Origin: a virus
Lineage: Duplodnaviria > Caudoviricetes
DNA length: 64,000 nt
Strand: one strand, 5' to 3'
Virus record (IMG/VR): IMGVR_UViG_3300021400_001615
Location: 32,001 to 96,000 of that record
In this document: positions 41,074 to 53,512 of the stretch, one piece after another
How the letters are laid out: every line of letters begins with the position of its first letter
Position numbering within the stretch: the first letter of the stretch is position 1
Translations under genes and position numbers: made by a program
The notes under the pieces: model-generated
The model's database searches: none
The model's input: only the letters and a program-made list of their open reading frames with translations
Told to the model about the DNA's origin: nothing

Positions 41074-42594
41074 ATGGCAAATTCAAAAACGGTGTCTGCG
41101 GCTACACCGAGTGGTGACGAAAAAAGAAAAATATTAAAGAAATATTCTGATGAGTATTTAATGAAACGTTTTGCAGATTCCGAGGAAGCATTTAAGCGTC
41201 TGAGGGATTTTACTAAAAATTCAACTAGAAATGTTGGTACGTTTGATAAAGAAGTATTACGTGGTTATTTTCAAAATATAATTAGTAATGAGGCAAGGTT
41301 GAGAAATCTTTCCTGGTATTTATTTTACAGGTCTCAGGTATATGCAAGGCTTGTATTATTCTTTAGTAACATGTTTGTTTTATATGCAAGATCTATTATT
41401 CCAAATTATGATTTAACTAAAGAAAATAACCCAAAAAAGGTTTTAAAATCTTTTCAGGAAACAGTCGATGAAGTTGATAAGATGAGACTACAGCATGAAT
41501 TCTATCCAATATTTGTAACTAATTTCATTCAAGATGTTAGTTATAATGTATGGATTGAAGATGATGACGGCGTTTTTTGTTTTCCGTGGCCAGCAGATTC
41601 CGCCAGGATAACGGGGAAATATAGTGAAACGGGTGAATTTGCATATGCTGTTGATGCTACATATCTTAGAAGTCATCAAGAGTTAATAGAATATTTCCCC
41701 GAACCTTTTGAGGAAATATATAGACAGTATGAATCAACTGGTGAAAAATGGCAGCCTATGCCAGAGGAATTTAGTTTATGTACTAAATATAGAAGCGAGG
41801 ATATTGAAACTTGTCTTGGGCCATTAATGCCTATGGCTAATAGTCTTATTAACTTACTGGATCTTGAAGATATTCAGGCGGTTGCTGCCGAGCAGGAAAT
41901 ATATAAATTGATTTGGTATGAACTGGAGACACTTGACGGTACTGATACGCCAGATGATTGGAAGATAGACCCCTCTCTTGCGGTTGATTATTTTAATAAA
42001 ATGGTAGATGAGGCAATTCCGCCGAATATGTCTGCTGCAATTGTTCCCGGAAAATTGAATGAAATATCTTTCCCCGACAGTGCTGCTTCTGACACAACAA
42101 AAGTTGCAAAAGCAACTGAAACCGTATTGAATACCGCCGGTGGTGCTGAAGTATTGAATGGTTCTACTATTAATAATACATATGCCTTTAAGCTTGCAAC
42201 GCAAGTTAATACGGAATATGCTATCTCTTCTCTTCTGCCACAGGTACAAAGCTGGGTTAATCACAGGCTAAAGCTGTTATTGAGCGATCCTTGTAAGGTT
42301 AAGTTCTTCCCGGTAAGTGTGTACACTCTTCCCGATTATAAGGAGCAACTACTTACTGCTGCTCAAAACGGGTTCCCGTCAATATTGGCTTATGGCGCTT
42401 GCAATGGATATTCGGAGAAAGATACTCTTGCCTTAAATAATCTTGAGGCCAATATACTTGGATTAACCAATATTTTCAAACCACTTTCCACATCATATAC
42501 TCAATCTACAAATGACGTTGGAAGACCCAAAACGCCCGATGATGAATTAACTGATTCTGGTGATAGAACCAGGGATACAGCCGCCCCGGAATGA
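41074..42594 (+). CDS. Portal protein
   Basis: ~506 aa after terminase; C-terminal PLSTSYT...GRP. Confidence 0.75.
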   Translation: MANSKTVSAATPSGDEKRKILKKYSDEYLMKRFADSEEAFKRLRDFTKNSTRNVGTFDKEVLRGYFQNIISNEARLRNLSWYLFYRSQVYARLVLFFSNMFVLYARSIIPNYDLTKENNPKKVLKSFQETVDEVDKMRLQHEFYPIFVTNFIQDVSYNVWIEDDDGVFCFPWPADSARITGKYSETGEFAYAVDATYLRSHQELIEYFPEPFEEIYRQYESTGEKWQPMPEEFSLCTKYRSEDIETCLGPLMPMANSLINLLDLEDIQAVAAEQEIYKLIWYELETLDGTDTPDDWKIDPSLAVDYFNKMVDEAIPPNMSAAIVPGKLNEISFPDSAASDTTKVAKATETVLNTAGGAEVLNGSTINNTYAFKLATQVNTEYAISSLLPQVQSWVNHRLKLLLSDPCKVKFFPVSVYTLPDYKEQLLTAAQNGFPSILAYGACNGYSEKDTLALNNLEANILGLTNIFKPLSTSYTQSTNDVGRPKTPDDELTDSGDRTRDTAAPE

Positions 42595-42607
42595 TAGAGG
42601 TGAGAAA

Positions 42608-42784
42608 GTGAAGAATAAATTTATTAAAACAACAGATAAGGATACCGCAGATATTCTCCGAGAAGCTGGCTTTATTGAAGTTGGTAAAGAGGGGAATAAA
42701 TGGGTTTTTATTAATAATGATAAAATACAATTTTCAATGGATGAAATGAAGGATGTTCATATTACTGACATCCTTCATTTTTAA
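42608..42784 (+). CDS. Small conserved head-region protein
   Basis: FIKTTDKDTADILREAGF. Confidence 0.6.
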   Translation: MKNKFIKTTDKDTADILREAGFIEVGKEGNKWVFINNDKIQFSMDEMKDVHITDILHF

Positions 42785-42833
42785 TTAGTCTCCTCTCGGA
42801 GAAATTTTGAAGAAAGGAGGAATATAAAGAAAA

Positions 42834-44492
42834 ATGCATAAAAAGTTATTGACGATTGATGATCTTGTAAAATTCTGCGACTAGAACAATTTTGCAAAAT
42901 TTAGTTCTAAGGAATCTGGTTATCAAATTTGCATATAGACACCGGCAAAATTTGAAATGAGTAGCTCTGATGATCCAACTATGTTTTATGGAAATGTCTT
43001 AGTAATGCATTCTGGTAATAACAGGAATGGATCCTCTTTGACTGAAGATGCGGCGAAGAAGGCAATCAAAAATCTTGCTTATAAACCGGTATTGGCTAAT
43101 TTTTGCGAAATTGATGGTGTAAAGGATTTTACTAGTCATGATTTTGATATAGACGAGAATGGCGAATATGTTTATTACGAAAAGCAAATTGGCTGTTTTA
43201 CTGCTGATAAGGCTTATATGGAACAGGATAGTAATCATAGCGACCGTATGAATGTATTTGCAAAGGTTGCCATTCCCCGTGAATATACAGATGCAGCCGA
43301 AATAATTGAGAGAAAAAACGGCACAAAGGTATCTGTTGAGCTTGCCGTTAATGAACTATCTTATTCTGCTAAAGATCACGTTCTTTTACTTGAAGACGTT
43401 GATGTAATGGGTCTTACTTGTCTTGGAGTTAATCCAGACACCGGGGATCCCGTAAACGAGGGAATGGAGGGCGCTCATATCCAGATTGAGGATTTTAGTG
43501 CCGAAAATAATTCTCTTGTTTTTAATGCAGAGATTATTAATTCGATTGCTGATGCTGTTGCAAAACGGCTTAGTGATAAAAACGATAACCAAAGAAAGGA
43601 GGACGAAACAGTGGATTTCGAAGAAAAAAACGAAGAAGTTGTTGAAGAAACAGAGGTAATGTCTGAAGAAGTTGAAACCACTGAAGAGGAAGTTCGTGAG
43701 GTTGATACCGAGACATCTGAAGAGGTTGTTGATGATACTACTGAAGAAGTCGCTGATGAAACTCCTGAAGTGGTTGATAGTTTTGCCGATGATGATCCGG
43801 TCGATAATACGGATGATAATACGGATGAAAACACGGATGATAATACGGATGACGAAGAAGTTGTAATTGATGATGACACTTTACCGCCAACATATAAAAA
43901 GGTTGTTAATGGTATGGAGTTTGAATTATCTCTTTCCGACATTCAGAATGCTATGTATGATCTTGTCAATTCTACATATGCTGAATCTGATAACGATTAT
44001 TATGTGTGTGAAATTTATCAGGATTCTAAAAGCGTTGTAATGATTGGAATGTGGTCTGGTAAGGCATTCAAACAAAACTACAAAGTCCGCAATGATGTTT
44101 ATAGTCTTGTTGGTGACAGGGTTCCTGTAAGGGCTTCCTGGCTAACTGCCGACGAAGAGGCAGAACTTGACAGAATGAGAAGCAACTACTCTTCTGTCGT
44201 TGATAAGCTGGCTAAGTATGAATCCGAACCACAGAAAATGGACATTTTAAATTCCGATGACTATTCTCAGGTTGCAAACAGTAATGAGTTTATTGCACTT
44301 AAAGATGTTGATAAACATTTTGATATGACAATTGATGAGGTGCGTAGTGCAGCCGACAGTATTCTTCTTTCATATGCAAAAGGCAATAAGATTGATTTTG
44401 CTGAAAATGAAAAGAAACGTGATGGCGGCCTGAAACTGTTTGCTTCTAAGGATAAAAAGAAACCCGGTAGATACGGCAATTTATTTAAATGA
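42834..44492 (+). CDS. Prohead protease/scaffold (YonD-like), two TAG
   Basis: ATG 42834 with AGGAGG; TAG at 42882 and 42936; H.G.NRNGS, VSVEL, acidic scaffold region. Confidence 0.75.
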
Positions 44493-44555
44493 TATTAATT
44501 GACGCTTGAGATTTGTGTTATAAATCAATAATTACAAGAAAGGAGAATAAGTATT

Positions 44556-45035
44556 ATGGCTTATGGAAAAATTAATATGACAAAGCATGCCATTTGTTTC
44601 CCGTCTAAAGTTCTTGCTGGAAACATGGGCGCTCATATTTTTAACGTAACACTTTCCACGGCTGCTGATAATGGCAACATTATTGGTCGTGGTGCATGGA
44701 ATTCTTTTGACAATTATGCAGAGGCTGCTTGCCCGAACGGATTTGCCGCAAAGATTGTTGATAAAGCTGCGAACGGACATTGGTATGTAGAGGTTACCGC
44801 TGTTCCTAGCACTGGCGAAGCTTTACTTGTTTACAATTCGCCGATTATCCCTTACGAATCTCCTCGTGAGCTTGCTGATCTTTCCAACTTCTGGAATGAC
44901 AAAGATGAGGTAGTAAAGGCTTATACTCTTACTGTCGGTGATATCTTTGAAGTATCCGATGAAGCGTTTACTGGTACGCCAGTAAAAGGTAAAGCTCTTA
45001 CTGTTGCTAGTAAAAAGCTTGTTGTTGGTGCTTAA
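44556..45035 (+). CDS. Capsid decoration/stabilising protein (putative)
   Basis: Between scaffold and MCP; DNG motif. Confidence 0.6.
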   Translation: MAYGKINMTKHAICFPSKVLAGNMGAHIFNVTLSTAADNGNIIGRGAWNSFDNYAEAACPNGFAAKIVDKAANGHWYVEVTAVPSTGEALLVYNSPIIPYESPRELADLSNFWNDKDEVVKAYTLTVGDIFEVSDEAFTGTPVKGKALTVASKKLVVGA

Positions 45036-45060
45036 TTTTTGAAGAAAGGAGGGAAATGAT

Positions 45061-46188
45061 ATGAAGAAATTTAATTTTTCTACGCATGTTAATAATGTGT
45101 TTTCTGAAATGGAAACCAATTATGATGAAGTAAGAAATCTGATGTTTGATCTTGCCATGGGAAATGAGATTTTTGATGGTGATCGTGTAGTGCCGAAGGC
45201 AGAGGCCGAAGCAAAGCTGCGTACTGTTTGCTAGAAAATCTTTGGGGTAACCGCCGATTCTTCTAAGCGTGAGCTTAAGAGAGCGTATAGAGAGCATGGC
45301 CGCGAATTCTTCGACATCATTGAAGAGGTTGTTGATGTGGTTATTAATAACGGCCTTAAGGACAATGAGTTCTTCAATCAATTTGTGGACTATAGAAATC
45401 TTGCCCTTGGTGATGCTTATGAGTTTTATAGTGAAGACGACGTAATTCTGTCTATTGCTGAAGTTGGTGTATCTCATCATGATTACATCCTTCAGAGACT
45501 TGGTAAGGGTCAGACAACGACCATTCCGTACAAGAGATATGGTGCTGCTGTTGGTGCTGATATCAACATGTACATGATCGGTCGTGAGGATTGGACGACA
45601 CTTTGTAATGCGATTGCTAAGGCTTTTGCAATTCAGATTCAGCAGGAAATCTATGGCGAAATGCTTTCTGCCGCCAATGCAATTCCGGCTGCTATTAGAA
45701 ATGGTTTTGTTGGCAGTGGCGCTCTGAGTTCTACAACCAAGGACGATTTCGACAAGATTATTGAAAATGTTGAGACGGCTAATGAGTCTTCTGTTGTTAT
45801 TCTTGGAACAAAGACTGCCCTTAAGAAACTGAATGCACTGTCTGATGTCAACTGGAGAGCGCAGTCTCTTAAAGAGGATGTTTCTCACAGTGGACGTATG
45901 GGAGATTATGAGGGTACTGTTCTTATGGAGCTTCCTCAGAGATTCACCAGCAAGACTGATCTTACACCGCTCATTGATAACACTAAACTGTGGATTCTTC
46001 CTGCCAGCCAGACTGATAAGTTCATTAAGATGGTAGATGTCGGGGAAACCGAAATCGATGAAATCACCGAGAAGGGTGAGGAGCATGGTCGTTGGGATGA
46101 TATCATGAAGTACGAAGTACAGCGTTCTTATGGTATTGCTACAATGCTTGGACGTTACTTCGGACAGTGGACTCTGCCCACAGCGTAA
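45061..46188 (+). CDS. Major capsid protein, 375 aa, one TAG (45232)
   Basis: ATG 45061 in frame with ORF 45337; biased codons; size and position. Confidence 0.8.
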
Positions 46189-46224
46189 TTGTTAATTATA
46201 TAAGGAATAAAAGGAGAAATAATA

Positions 46225-46812
46225 ATGGCTACAACAACTACTAGAAAAAAGACAACTACAAAAACGGCTGCTCCGAAAACCGAGACACAGAAAACTGTGC
46301 CTAGTCAGGACAGTGTAGATAAAGTTGTCAAAGAAGAGCCGAAGAAAGAAAAGAGGGTTTTTAGTCCAGACGATGGCGTTGTTTGTCGTTCTGTCACCCA
46401 GGGTGGACTTTATATGGAGGGACCAAAGACTAAAATGCACTATGAATGGGTTCAGTATGGTGATGTGACCGAGGTCGAATATGCAGACCTTGCCGCTCTT
46501 GTACGTGTAAAATCCCAATATGTATTTGGTCCATGGTTTATGATAGATGATGATGATTTTGTTGAAGAATTTCAGCAGTTAAAGAAGTTCTATACTGATA
46601 ATTATTCTTTGAGTGATCTTGAAAAGATTTTAACATATCCGGTTGATGATATGATGAATGAAATTAGATCTCTTCCAAAGACGGCCATTGAATCTATTAA
46701 AGTATTAGCCGCTTCTTCTATAACGGATGGCGACCTTGACAGTGTGGCAAAAATTAAAGCTCTCGACGATTTCTTTGGCACGAAACTTAGTATTCTTGCT
46801 GAATTTAAGTAA
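46225..46812 (+). CDS. Hypothetical virion-region protein
   Basis: ORF with RBS. Confidence 0.7.
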   Translation: MATTTTRKKTTTKTAAPKTETQKTVPSQDSVDKVVKEEPKKEKRVFSPDDGVVCRSVTQGGLYMEGPKTKMHYEWVQYGDVTEVEYADLAALVRVKSQYVFGPWFMIDDDDFVEEFQQLKKFYTDNYSLSDLEKILTYPVDDMMNEIRSLPKTAIESIKVLAASSITDGDLDSVAKIKALDDFFGTKLSILAEFK

Positions 46813-46830
46813 TTACACGGAGGTGATTAA

Positions 46831-47289
46831 ATGACCTCTGAATATGAAGATATCTATTCTCGTTTTTATGAACGAGTTGAAGATTATAATATTGTTGGAT
46901 TGAAAGAAAGATTAGTTAAATAGATGATGAATGGATGGATAAGATCAACGTTATCAAAGCCGTATATTAGGCGGCTTTTTGATACGTTGACTATAGATGA
47001 AGATTTGGAAGAATTAGATTATGAAATGAAATTACCGACTACGGATGATGCTGATCAAGATTTTGTAGAGGAAATGATTGCGTTGGGTATGGTCGTAGAA
47101 TGGGTAAAACCAAAATATTTTACGACGCTAAATACTTCTCAGCTATTTACAAATAGTGAACAGAAGTTTTATAGCCAAGCTAATCATATGTCTGAGCTAA
47201 AGGACATGTATCACAGAGCAAAGAATGATCTTCGTAAACACATCCGTGATCGTGGATACATTAATAATACCTATCTGGTCACAACATGA
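46831..47289 (+). CDS. Head-tail adaptor (putative), one TAG (46921)
   Basis: MTSEYEDIYSRF...FYSQANH; GGAGG RBS. Confidence 0.7.
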
Positions 47290-47618
47290 AAACCAGGTAT
47301 GGCTATTATTCTTCCAATTAGATTAAATCAATTAAGTATCTCATTCGTAAATCCATATTTTTCTTACTTCTTTATGTTGATCCACAAACGAAAGACGAAT
47401 ATCCAAATATTAATGTTGGAGATGCCTTTCGTAGCTTATAGTACAGGCTTTCTGGTTTAAACAGTATATTAAACGAGCCTGTGGAAATTGTTGAAACAAT
47501 GATTTTGTTAGAATCTGCACTTGCAGAATACGAGAGTGAATGTTTTGATTGGTTGAAATACAGAAAGCTCATCCTCGACGCTGGGGCAAAGATAATGCAG
47601 ATAAAGGAGTGTGATTAA
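47286..47618 (+). CDS. Hypothetical 110-aa protein, two TAG; absent from ORF track
   Basis: Open with TAG read as sense; fills the gap between flanking genes. Confidence 0.7.
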
Positions 47619-47619
47619 T

Positions 47620-50600
47620 ATGGCACTTTCTTTTAGAGATTTTAAAAATATGCATGGTATTAGTACTCCCGGAAGAGCAAGAAAAATGTAGAGTGATGTG
47701 ATTATGTTGAATACATGGTGGCAAGATATATAGGCGTAGAATGCTTATATTTATGATTATTACCATGATCAGCTATCTGACGAAGCCCGTCAGTTAAATG
47801 ATCTTCATCCATAGGATGATCCTTATAAAACAGTATTGCCAATTAAGTTTATTCGACATGCTAAATAGACATATGATAAAGACCAGGTAACTTTTTGGTT
47901 ACAAATGTAGCCGGGGCAAGAATGTAATTTAGATTATTATAATGAAATGTTTCGTGATCGTTATGATGCATTATTCCCTATTGGCCTTTTCGTGGATATA
48001 ATGCATGAAGATGGAACATATAATAAATGGCTTATTGTTGATAAGGCTAATTATAATGGGAATCAGTTTCCCACTTTTGAAATATTAAGATGTGATTTTG
48101 TAGCACAGTGGATTTATAACGGACACAAATATTAGTGTCCCGCCGTTTTAAGAAGTCAGAATTCGTAGATTGTGCGCTTCATAAAGGAAACTTTATGTCG
48201 AAAGTTCTCTAATTGCGGGAAACCCCTTAGAGCCAACATGCTAAAGCGGAAGAATGAAATAGGTCTAAACGTAAAAGCTATAAAAAGTTGTTGGATTGGG
48301 CAACCAACGCAGCGAAGTCCTGAACAGGGATGTGTTCAACGAGCAAAGTAAGACAAGTGTCTGAAAACGGGAACCACCTAAATCTATAAAGACATGGTGT
48401 TGATATGCTCTAACCTTATATGAAAATATAAGAAAATTATTTTATATGTTTGATAAGTGTTGCGATTATTATAATATATATAATTTTTCTACTGATTAAC
48501 GACCAGTAGATCATTTCCTGATAATTCTGGCCTCTGGTTGGACTTTAAAATTTAGAGCGTAGAGGATAAAAGCTTGTCCCTTATATCAGTAATGATATAA
48601 GAAAACTCCTTGAATTGCTGGAAATCCCTTAGAGCCGATATACCACAACATGACGTTGCGATTACGTGAGTGTGATGGTTAAAAAACATATTGGATTGGG
48701 TAATCAGCAGCCAAGCCCTGATGAGGGGAAGGTTCAACGACTATGTGACGCAAGTGCGTTCTGCGAGGAGGATCTCTTGGAGATTATGATATAGTCTGAA
48801 CTTTATGCGAAAGCATAAGAAAAATTGTTTATGTCGATTTGATAAAAGGATAGGACAGCGGGTTGCAAACCGTTTTATATTACCATAATAGTATAATTAC
48901 TATCTTTTTATATATATATATTACTTTTATGGAGGTAATTTATGGGTAAAAAATTGGTATTATCTACAGAAGAAAAAGAACTTATTGTATCAATGTATAA
49001 AAATGGAAGTAAGTTATCTGATATAGAAAATGCGATAGGTCATTGCGACAAATACATTTATGAAACATTAAATGAGTATGGCATTGAAAAAAATAGAAAA
49101 ACAAAACCAATTTCTTCGGAACAGCTTCAATTAATAATTGATTGTCATAGAGATGGTTTATCATATGAACAAATATCAGAGAAATTAGATAATTATATCT
49201 CATCTACTAGGGTATATGAGATATTAAAAGAAAATGGGGAAACTAACTCATTCTCAATTGATAAAGTTAATTCCATTATAGATTTTCAAAGTAAAGATAA
49301 TCATAGAAAATATTATTTTGATGAACATCTGCTTGATGTTGTTAACACTCCGGATAAGGCGTATTGTATTGGTTTGTTTATGGCAGACGGGTGCAATCAG
49401 TTAGATAAAAGTTATTTTTCTATTGTGTTACAAGCAAGAGATAGAGATATTCTCGACAAAATTAGCATAATGTTCTAGTCTGATTACCCGTTACATTTTC
49501 GTGATTCATCTAAATATGATTATATGGCGCAAGATGTATATACTATTCGTTGGAATTCAAAATATTTTTGTAAGAAATTAAATGAACTGGGAATTGTACC
49601 GAATAAGAGTCTTATATTAGAGTTTCCATACTGGTTGGATAGACATTTGATTCCATATTTGATTAAAGGCTACATAGATGGGGATGGATGGATAAATACA
49701 AATCAAATTGGATTTATGAGTACAGAAAAGTTTTGTATTGGTGTACAAGAATATTTAAATTCAATAGGTATATCTTCGTATATAATGGATATGAAAAGAC
49801 ATTATAGCAACCAGACAAAAGAGTTGCTTATAAGTGGCAGAAACAATATATGGCCATTAGCCAGAATAATGTTTTCACATGGAAATCTATACTTAAACCG
49901 AAAATATCAAAAATATATTGATTATAAGTTTATTGATATAAACAATTCTTTATTGAATTAACGACTCAATAGAGTAACATATTTGTAGCAGAAATTTGCT
50001 GTCCCGATGAACCGTGATACAGAAACACTATTTTATAATATTCGTATGATCATAGATTCTAAAGTAGAGACCGAGAAACGTGCATGGCTCATTTCAAAGG
50101 TAAATCGTATATCACCGAATGGTATATGTCGTGTCACATTAACTCAGGATACATATGATCAACATACTGATTATATAGAAAAAGATGAAGACGGTAATAT
50201 TATTGGAATGTGGGCAAATTACTTTAAGAGTAATGTAGAACCAACGCCGGTGGAAATTCAGGATGATACAGTACCACACTACTCTTCCATCACATCTAAA
50301 ATTACTTGCTCTGGCAAACCGCAATTTAAAATTGGTGGCTCAGCTAAAACATTCACAGTTACCTATTACGATTCTAATAATGAAGAACTATATGACCATA
50401 GCGTTGGCAATTGGTCGTTAACTATTGATAACGAATTGGTTGCGTCAGATGTCGTTTCTATTGAAGAAGTTGCTGATTCTTCAAATAAGATTAAGATTAA
50501 ATTTCTTGGTGACGATTCGTATATAGGCAAAGTATTAACTATAACTAATACTTCGGATGATGTAGTTTCATCTCTTGAAGTTGAAATTATTGCACTTTGA
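47620..50600 (+). CDS. Neck/head-closure-like protein, 402 aa: join(47620-48166, 48521-48567, 49986-50600)
   Basis: Removing two group I introns gives an open frame ...VLRSQNS-Y-NSGLWLDFKI*SVED-*QKFAVPMNRDTE...; several TAG. Confidence 0.8.
48167..48520 (+). mobile_element. Group I intron (no ORF)
   Basis: P AATTGCGGGAA, Q AACGCAGC, R GTTCAACGAGCA, S GATATGCTC; exon ends in T, intron ends in G. Confidence 0.85.
48568..49985 (+). mobile_element. Group I intron carrying a homing endonuclease
   Basis: P AATTGCTGGAA, Q AATCAGCAGC, R GTTCAACGACTA, S GATATAGTCT; T and G boundaries restore the frame. Confidence 0.9.
48942..49961 (+). CDS. Intron-encoded LAGLIDADG endonuclease, 339 aa, one TAG (49476)
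   Basis: IGLFMADG and IKGYIDGDG motifs; two track ORFs join in frame. Confidence 0.88.
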
Positions 50601-50615
50601 TTGGGGGTATGAATT

Positions 50616-51188
50616 ATGGAACTAACTTAGGATCAGATTCAAACCCTCCGTGATTTAAAAAAAAGGGTGGATTCTGATGACATCCATTATAAAGAAATTA
50701 TCAAACGTAATCTCATAAATAACGATTTAATCATTTATTTGTTAAATAATAAAGATCTTGAGAATATCGGGGCAGATCCGAGCGACTATCTCGGTGTTAA
50801 TATATTACCTTATTATTTAATCCATCCGACGCAACATAACGTTTAGAATTTTATATGTTATGATGTTGGATTTCGTGAGCTTGAACGCTATAATTCTAAA
50901 ATTAAGTTTTTACAAATAACTTTTAACATTTTGTGTGAGGAAAAAAATAATATTGAGAAAAAAACTGGTATAGCGAGACATGATTTAATTGGTGCTTTGA
51001 TATTGGATATATTCAATTGGAGTAACTTATTTGGTGAGCAAATTCATTGTGTGTCTGATGTGCCTGGAGTTACAGATAATGATTATTCTACTCGCACTAT
51101 TATATTTGAACAACGTACAGATAATAATTTAGCAAAAACTCGAAATGGTACGCCAATAATTATACCGAGGACTATTGATGCCTCGTAA
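50616..51188 (+). CDS. Tail-completion/terminator-like protein, two TAG
   Basis: ATG 50616 in frame with ORF 50931; RHDLI motif. Confidence 0.65.
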
Positions 51189-51963
51189 TCCTAAAATTGA
51201 GTTTGATTTGTTACAAATGTATTTTGGGGAGCCGTATGTAATTGATTTGCCAGATGCACTTGGAAAGGTTACTGTATACTCCCCCACTATTGGTGACATT
51301 ATCGAGATTGGTGAGAAAAATTTTTATAAAACGTTAAATATTTTTATTTGTAATACTACTCAGTACCGTGTTGTTTTATGGGATCTTGGAATTGATTGGA
51401 ATACATATAGTGATTTCGAACTGTTCATAAATTTATTACCGGAGGCTGATCCAACTGCTTCCAAATTATTATTTGGCGATTTAGATTTTAGTAAGTTTGT
51501 TCCGATTTGGCGGAAGAAAACTATAGACGATGATCCTGAACTTGTACTTTGGGATGAAGAAGATGAAGTAGAAATTAATTATAATGTCTACAATCATTTT
51601 GCTTAGTATATAAGAACTATGTTTAATACTTTTCCAGAAGAAAAGATTACATAGGATAACACCTTAAAAAGCTGGTATATTACGAAAGATAAACGGGCTA
51701 TAGAAAATAAGAAAAAGCTTGCCGAAAAGGGCAAAGATGAATCATATAGTATTCAAACTCTTATTTCTTCATGTATTAATCATCCAGGTTTTAAGTATGG
51801 ACTGAAAGATTTAAAAAAGGTTGGTGTTGCTGAATTTTATGATTCTGTTAAGCGCCTTCAGGTTTATGAACAAAGTACGGCATTGATGAAAGGTATGTAT
51901 TCTGGTTTTATTGACGGTTCTAAAATTAAGCCAACGGATTATAATTTTATGAGAGAAATTTGA
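51178..51963 (+). CDS. Tail-region hypothetical protein, two TAG
   Basis: Frame continues past TAG 51604 to TGA 51961; NHPGFKY, FYDSVKRLQ, GMYSGFID. Confidence 0.75.
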
Positions 51964-52064
51964 TAATAATTATTGTTGTATATTCATATTTTTAGTATAA
52001 AAAATTGAGTCGGCGAATTCCTGCTCTTTTATTTTATAAATTTTCAAGAAAGGAGATTATTACT

Positions 52065-53347
52065 ATGGCTTTTAAACTTGGTAATCATTATATTGACGAA
52101 ATTCTTTATGGCGTAGCTGAGAAAAATGGCAACATTGAGTACGCTCTTGACTAGCTGAGTTCTGCTTCTATCGAGATCAGTGCCGAATCTACGGATATCA
52201 CTGATAAGAAGGGGAATATCATCCGTACAACATATCGTTCGAAGACTGGTACATTTACTGCGACGAACGCTCTGCTTCATCCTGCGGCTATTAATGCTCA
52301 GTCTGGTAGCCCGATTAAATACGCATCTGCTGGTGAGGGCGGCGCTATTGTAATGCCTAAGATCATGGTTGCTGCTGCTGGCGAGGAAGTCACCATTGGT
52401 GAATATACTCAGGGTAGCGTTCGTGTAATTGGTCTGTTTGGTAATGGCGCTAATGATGTTGCGCTTGATGCTGAGGCCGTTGCTGCTGCTATTACTGGTA
52501 CTGGTGCAAACACCAAACTTCAGCTTCCGAAGACCGATGGTGGCCCCACTCAGTATCTTGTTAAGTTCGAAAGAAGCGTCACCTCTGGTGCTATGCTTCA
52601 GAATACTACTGCTGTAAGCTCCGATCTGGTTAAGCTTACCCTGTTCTGTGCAATGGGCGATCCTTGTGAAGATTCTCTTCGTCCTTGCTATGTAGTAATT
52701 CCGAGATTTGCTGCCGATCCTTCCATGACCATCTCTCTTGATGCTGAGACTCAGGAAGTTGACTTCAGCGGTAACCTCAACGTGGATTATTGCGCAGGAA
52801 CTTCCAGTTTATATTACATTTATCAATATATTTGCATTTTTAATCGTTGTTTTCAGACAATTGATTAACAATACGGATGGTAAGCATATAGGGAAACTTG
52901 TATGTAATAGTGATTTTCACTGAATTAAGAAACTGAATTGCTGGGACATCCTAAAGACAATAGAACTACAACATAATGATGAAATATGCATAAGTGTGAA
53001 TGTTGCGAAAGCGGAAAAAATCTATTGTATGACATATGGTTAAATCCTAAGTGTTGTTAAAAATGGATAATCAGCAGCCAAGCTTTGAATAGAAGAAGGT
53101 TCAACGACTATCCCTCTTGAGGGGAGTAGGTCATAAGCGTTTGATGACCGAAGTGGTTTCGCCTAACCCGCAGCAATGCGGTATGGATAAGATATAGTCT
53201 GTGCTTACATGAAAATGTAAGAAGTTCTTTGGAGAACTGTATGAAGAGTAGCGTCTTCGTATGAACATATATTTAAAATAAGAAATTATTTTAAATTATA
53301 AGTATCCCGATGAAGATCTTGTTATTAGTGGCACCTCTGTTGCCTAA
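52065..53347 (+). CDS. Major tail (tube) protein, 267 aa: join(52065-52823, 53303-53347), one TAG
   Basis: MAFKLG...YALD*LSSASIEISAESTDITDKKG; spliced end LYYIY-YPDEDLVISGTSVA. Confidence 0.8.
52824..53302 (+). mobile_element. Group I intron (no ORF)
   Basis: P GAATTGCTGGGA, Q AATCAGCAGCC, R GTTCAACGACTA, S AAGATATAGTCT. Confidence 0.88.
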
Positions 53348-53512
53348 TTTAACAAAACGATTTTTAGAAGATAATTTTAGCGCTCCACAACATTTAAATT
53401 GTGGGGCGCATTTCAAAATAAATAGGTTGGTGTCATGAGCCAACTGACAAGAGAGGGAACACCTACCCTCTCTTTTATTTTGTCGAATTTAGGTGATTCA
53501 TTAAGAGGTGAA

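Noticed and set aside
43790-43860. GATAATACGGAT tandem repeats
   Set aside because: They encode the acidic DNTD linker of the scaffold protein.
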